NCBI RefSeq assembly: GCF_009914755.1 | Contig: NC_060939.1 | Length of the DNA: 64,000 bases | Strand: one strand, 5' to 3' | Source: the human T2T-CHM13v2.0 reference genome, Homo sapiens | Shown: positions 58,001-64,000 of the stretch, in pieces | Numbering within the stretch: position 1 is the first letter of the stretch | Layout: each line of letters starts with the position of its first letter | The notes under the pieces: model-generated | The model's input: the letters and a program-made list of their open reading frames with translations, nothing else | What the model was told of the DNA's origin: nothing | The model's database searches: none | Position numbers and translations under genes: made by a program

Positions 58001-61000
58001 CCATTCCATTCGAGTCAATTCCATTCCATTCGATGTCTTTCCATAACGATCCATTCCATTCTATTCCTTTCGATTCCATTCCATTCTATTTCATTCCATT
58101 CGATTCCCTTCCATTGGACTCCTTTCCATTCGAGTGCATTCCATTCCGTTCCATTTCTTTCCGTTCTGTACGATTCCTACCGTTTGATTTCATTTTGTTC
58201 CAGTCCATTCCTTTCGCGTCCATTCCATTCCATTTCACTCCATTCGATTCCATTCCACTCGATTCCACTTCGTTCCATTTCATTGCATTCCATTCTCTTC
58301 AACTCCATTGCCTTCCTTTCCATTCCATTCGATTACATTCCATGCGATTCCATTCGAAATCGAATCAATTACATTGCAATCCATTACTATTGAGTCCGTT
58401 TTATTCCAGTCCACTGCATTCTGGTCCATTCCATTTGATTCCATTCCATTCTATTCCATTCCATACAGTTGCATTCCATTGGATTCCATTCTATATCTAT
58501 AAATTCAATTCGAGCTCATTGCTTTGGAGTCCATTCTATATGATTCCATTCCTTTCAAGTCCATTACATTTGGTTCAAATCCATTCCATTCCATTCCCTT
58601 CCATTCCATTCCAGTTGATATCAATCCATTCGATTCCATTCCATTCGAGCACATTCCATTCGAGTCCATTCCATTCGATGCCATTCCATTTGATTCTATT
58701 CCATTAGTCTCCATTCAAATCCATTAATCTCCATTCCATTCCATTCTACTCCAACTGATTCCATTCCATTCTATTCCTTTCCATTCCATTTCATTCCATT
58801 CCATTCCATTTCATTCGATTCCATTCCATTCGCTTCCATTCCATTCGTGTCCATTCCACTCCAGTCCATTCCATTCATGTCCATTCCATTCCAGTCCATT
58901 CCATTTGTGTCCACTGCATTCCATTCCACTCCATTCCATATTATTCCATTACACTCCATTCCATTCTATTACTTTCATTTCCATTCAATTCCATTCCATT
59001 TGATTCCATTCCACTCGGTTTCATTCCATTTGAGTCCACTCCATTCCATTCCATTCCATTCCATTCAGTTCCATTTCATTCTCTTCCAATCCATTCCATT
59101 CCATTGCATTCCATTCCATTCGGTACCATTCCATATTGTTCCATTCGATTCCATTCGAATCCATTCCATTCCAGTCCATTCCATTCGATTCCATTCCATT
59201 CCTTTACATTCCATTCCATTCCATTCCATTCCACTTGATTCCACTCCATTCCCTTCCACTGCATTCCATTCGATTCCATTCCAATGCATTGCATTCCATT
59301 CCATTGGACTGCATTCCATTCGATTCCATTCTTTTCGAATCAATTACATAGCAATCCATTACATTCGAGTCTATTCTATTCCGTTCCATTCGATTTCGTT
59401 CCAATCCATTCGATTCCATTCCATTCGATTCCATTCCATACTATTGCATTCCATTCTATTACATTATATTCGAATAAGTTCCATTCAAGACCATTTCTTT
59501 TGAGTCCATTCTATTTGAGTCCATTCCCTTTGATTCCATAACATTTGAGTCCATTCAATTCCATTCCTTTCGTTTCCATTCCATTTGATGCCATTCCATT
59601 CAATTCTGTTCTACTCGACTCCAATACATTCAATTCCATTCCATCCGATTCCATTACATTCTTTTCATTTCTTATCCATTTCTAGCCATTCCACTCCATT
59701 CCATTCCACTCGTTTCCTTTCCATTCGAGTCCATTCCTCTCCAGTCCATTCCGTTCAATCCATTCCATTCCAGTCCATTCCATTCGAGTCCGTTCCATTC
59801 CAGTCCATTCCATTCGAATCAATTCCATTCCATTCGATGTCTTTCCATAACGATCCATTCCATTCTATTCCTTTCGATTCCATTCCATTCTATTTCATTC
59901 CATTCGATTCCCTTCCATTGGACTCCTTTCCATTCGAGTGCATTCCATTCCGTTCCATTTCTTTCCGTTCTGTACGATTCCTACCGTTCGATTTCATTTT
60001 GTTCCAGTCCATTCCTTTCGCGTCCATTCCATTCCATTTCACTCCATTCGATTCCATTCCACTCGATTCCACTTCGTTCCATTTCATTGCATTCCATTCT
60101 ATTCAACTCCATTGCCTTCCTTTCCATTCCATTCGATTACATTCCATGCGATTCCATTCGAAATCGAATCAATTACATTGCAATCCATTACTATTGAGTC
60201 CGTTTTATTCCAGTCCACTGCATTCTGGTCCATTCCATTTGATTCCATTCCATTCTATTCCATTCCATACAGTTGCATTCCATTGGATTCCATTCTATAT
60301 CTATAAATTCAATTCGAGCTCATTGCTTTGGAGTCCATTCTATATGATTCCATTCCATTCAAGTCCATTACATTTGGTTCAATTCCATTCCATTCCATTC
60401 CCTTCCATTCCATTCCAGTTGATATCAATCCATTCGATTCCATTCCATTCGAGCACATTCCATTCGAGTCCATTCCATTCGATGCCATTCCATTTGATTC
60501 TATTCCATTAGTCTCCATTCAAATCCATTAATCTCCATTCCATTCCATTCTACTCCAACTGATTCCATTCCATTCTATTCCTTTCCATTCCATTTCATTC
60601 CATTCCATTCCATTCGCTTCCATTCCATTCATGTCCATTCCATTCCAGTCCATTCCATTTGTGTCCACTGCATTCCATTCCACTCCATTCCATATTATTC
60701 CATTACACTCCATTCCATTCTATTACTTTCATTTCCATTCAATTCCATTACATTTGATTCCATTCCACTCGGTTTCATTCCATTTGAGTCCACTCCATTC
60801 CACTCCATTCCATTCCATTCAGTTCCATTCCATTCTGTTCCAATCCATTCCATTCCATTGCATTCCATTCCATTCGGTACCATTCCATATTGTTCCATTC
60901 GATTCCATTCGAATCCATTCCATTCCAGTCCATTCCATTTGATTCCATTCCATTCCTTTACATTCCATTCCATTCCACTTGATTCCACTCCATTCCCTTC

Positions 61001-64000
61001 CACTGCATTCCATTCGATTCCATTCGATTGCATTGCATTCCATTCCATTGGACTACATTCCATTCGATTCCATTCCATTCGAATCAATTACATAGCAATC
61101 CATTACATTCGAGTCTATTCTATTCCGTTCCATTCGATTTCGTTCCAATCCATTCGATTCCATTCCATTTGATTCCATTCCATACTATTGCATTCCATTG
61201 TATTACATTATATTCGAATAAGTTCCATTCAAGACCATTTCTTTTGAGTCCATTCTATTTGAGTCCATTCCCTTTGATTCCATAACATTTGAGTCCATTC
61301 AATTCCATTCCTTTCGTTTCCATTCCATTTGATGCCATTCCATTCAATTCTGTTCTACTCGACTCCAATACATTCAATTCCATTCCATCCGATTCCATTA
61401 CATTCTTTTCATTTCTTATCCATTTCAAGCCATTCCACTCCATTCCATTCCACTCGTTTCCTTTCCATTCGAGTCCATTCCTCTCCAGTCCATTCCGTTC
61501 AATCCATTCCATTCCAGTCCATTCCATTCGAGTCCGTTCCATTCCAGTCCATTCCATTCGAGTCAATTCCATTCCATTCGATGTCTTTCCATAACGATCC
61601 ATTCCATTCTATTCCTTTCGATTCCATTCCATTCTATTTCATTCCATTCGATTCCCTTCCATTGGACTCCTTTCCATTCGAGTGCATTCCATTCCGTTCC
61701 ATTTCTTTCCGTTCTGTACGATTCCTACCGTTCGATTTCATTTTGTTCCAGTCCATTCCTTTCGCGTCCATTCCATTCCATTTCACTCCATTCGATTCCA
61801 TTCCACTCGATTCCACTTCGTTCCATTTCATTGCATTTCATTCTATTCAACTCTATTGCCTTCCATTCCATTCCATTCGATTACATTCCATGCGATTCCA
61901 TTCGAAATCGAATCAATTACATTGCAATCCATTACTATTGAGTCCGTTTTATTCCAGTCCACTGCATTCTGGTCCATTCCATTTGATTCCATTCCATTCT
62001 ATTCCATTCCATACAGTTGCATTCCATTGGATTCCATTCTATATCTATAAATTCAATTCGAGACCATTGCTTTGGAGTCCATTCTATATGATTCCATTCC
62101 ATTCAAGTCCATTACATTTGGTTCAATTCCATTCCATTCCATTCCCTTCCATTCCATTCCAATTGATATCAATCCATTCGATTCCATTCCATTCGAGCAC
62201 ATTCCATTCGAGTCCATTCCATTCGATGCCATTCCATTTGATTCTATTCCATTAGTCTCCATTCAAATCCATTAATCTCCATTCCATTCCATTCTACTCC
62301 AACTGATTCCATTCCATTCTATTCCTTTCCATTCCATTCCATTCCATTCCATTCCATTCCATTCCATTCGCTTCCATTCCATTCGTGTCCATTGCATTCC
62401 AGTCCATTCCATTTGTGTCCACTGCATTCCATTCCACTCCATTCCATATTATTCCATTACACTCCATTCCATTCTATTACTTTCATTTCCATTGAATTCC
62501 ATTCCATTTGATTCCATTCCACTCGGTTTCATTCCATTTGAGTCCACTCCACTCCATTCCATTCCATTCCATTCCATTCAGTTCCATTCGTTTCTGTTCC
62601 ATTCCATTCCGTTCCATTGCATTCCATTCCATTCGGTACCATTCCATATTGTTCCATTCGATTCCATTCGAATCCATTCCATTCCAGTCCATTCCATTCG
62701 ATTCCATTCCATTCCTTTCAATTCCATTCCATTCCATTCCATTCCACTTGATTCCACTCCATTCCCTTCCACTGCATTCCATTGCATTGCATTCCATTCC
62801 ATTGGACTGCATTCCATTCGATTCCATTCCATTCGAATCAATTACATAGCAATCCATTACATTCGAGTCTATTCTATTCCGTTCCATTTGATTTCGTTCC
62901 AATCCATTCGATTCCATTCCATTCGATTCCATTCCATACTATTGCATTCCATTCTATTACATTATATTCGAATAAGTTCCATTCAAGACCATTTCTTTTG
63001 AGTCCATTCTATTTGAGTCCATTCCCTTTGATTCCATAACATTTGAGTCCATTCAATTCCATTCCTTTCGTTTCCATTCCATTTGATGCCATTCCATTCA
63101 ATTCTGTTCTACTCGACTCCAATACATTCAATTCCATTCCATCCGATTCCATTACATTCTTTTCATTTCTTATCCATTTCAAGCCATTCCACTCCATTCC
63201 ATTCCACTCGTTTCCTTTCCATTCGAGTCCATTCCTCTCCTGTCCATTCCGTTCAATCCATTCCATTCCAGTCCATTCCATTCGAGTCCGTTCCATTCCA
63301 GTCCATTCCATTCGAGTCAATTCCATTCCATTCGATGTCTTTCCATAACGATCCATTCCATTCTATTCCTTTCAATTCCATTCCATTCTATTTCATTCCA
63401 TTCGATTCCCTTCCATTGGACTCCTTTCCATTCGAGTGCATTCCATTCCGTTCCATTTCTTTCCGTTCTGTACGATTCCTACCGTTCGATTTCATTTTGT
63501 TCCAGTCCATTCTTTCGCGTCCATTCCATTCCATTTCACTCCATTCGATTCCATTCCACTCGATTCCACTTCGTTCCATTTCATTGCATTCCATTCTATT
63601 CAACTCTATTGCCTTCCATTCCATTCCATTCGATTACATTCCATGCGATTCCATTCGAAATCGAATCAATTACATTGCAATCCATTACTATTGAGTCCGT
63701 TTTATTCCAGTCCACTGCATTCTGGTCCATTCCATTTGATTCCATTCAATTCTATTCCATTCCATACAGTTGCATTCCATTGGATTCCATGCTATATCTA
63801 TAAATTCAATTCGAGACCATTGCTTTTGAGTCCATTCTATATGATTCCATTCCATTCAAGTCCATTACATTTGGTTAAATTCCATTCCATTCGGTTCAAT
63901 TCCATTCCATTCCATTCCCTTCCATTCCATTCCAGTTGATATCAATCCATTCGATTCCATTCCATTCGAGCACATTCCATTCGAGTCCATTCCATTCGAT

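Larger units (their letters stand above)
1..64000 (+). repeat. Classical Satellite III (HSat3) array, diverged (CATTC)n on + strand / (GAATG)n on - strand
   Basis: Every line is CATTC pentamers and single-base variants (CATTC, GATTC, GAGTC, CAGTC, CACTC, CATTT). Long pure CATTC runs and no CATCAT/GATGAT-type motifs favour HSat3 over HSat2. The orientation never switches. Confidence 0.97.
42509..64000 (+). repeat. ~1.8 kb higher-order repeat domain, KpnI-type, resembling D15Z1/HSat3A5 of chromosome 15p
   Basis: The landmark recurs at 42509, 44312, 46111, 47840, 48720, 50509, 52316, 54125, 55952, 57741, ~59545, 61289 and 63043 (mostly 1729-1827 bp apart, one 880 bp). There is one GGTACC per unit (e.g. 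43890, 47417, 48292, 50086, 51888, 53702, 55519, 57318, 59122, 60876, 62635), mutated at ~45698. The periodicity is certain. The D15Z1 assignment is inferred from the known 1.8 kb KpnI Sat III repeat of chr15 and has not been aligned. Confidence 0.8.

Noticed and set aside
3-63939. Hundreds of ORFs up to ~327 aa (HSIPF- and MEWNG-rich)
   Set aside because: CATTC and GAATG repeats have no stop codon in any frame. The ORFs overlap in all frames, recur with the repeat period, are broken by 1-bp indels and resemble no protein family I recognise.
1-64000. CRISPR-like array of conserved repeats and spacers
   Set aside because: There are no unique spacers and no cas genes; all the intervening sequence is itself degenerate pentamer repeated in every unit.
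1-64000. HSat2, alpha satellite or telomeric repeat
   Set aside because: There are no CATCAT/GATGAT-type HSat2 motifs, no 171-bp monomer or CENP-B box, and no TTAGGG.
1-64000. Inversion or embedded Alu/L1/unique island
   Set aside because: I found no GGAAT-rich stretch on the + strand and no non-pentamer segment longer than a few tens of bases.

Overview
The whole 64 kb is one uninterrupted array of diverged (CATTC)n/(GAATG)n pentamer satellite in a single orientation, i.e. human-type classical Satellite III (HSat3; a great-ape source cannot be excluded). I found no genes, transposons or unique sequence. The ORFs are artefacts of a pentamer with no stop codon in any frame. The interest is in the higher-order organisation. 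Bases 1 to ~36,400 hold ~10 copies of a ~3.5 kb unit, a rearranged transition zone follows (~36.4-42.5 kb), and a ~1.8 kb unit carrying a single KpnI site runs to the end, resembling the chr15 D15Z1/HSat3A5 repeat (inference). The 3.5 kb unit is the 1.8 kb unit plus a ~1.72 kb block bounded by a 23-bp direct repeat, and the two families join in register. Both are built from older ~0.6-1.0 kb subunits. Both show younger dimeric duplications (6,991 bp, ~6,855 bp, ~3.6 kb), truncated or expanded units and mosaic copies. I see no new gene-based system; the window is a readable record of satellite unit evolution. All alignments were made by eye, using the ORF-track start coordinates as landmarks.
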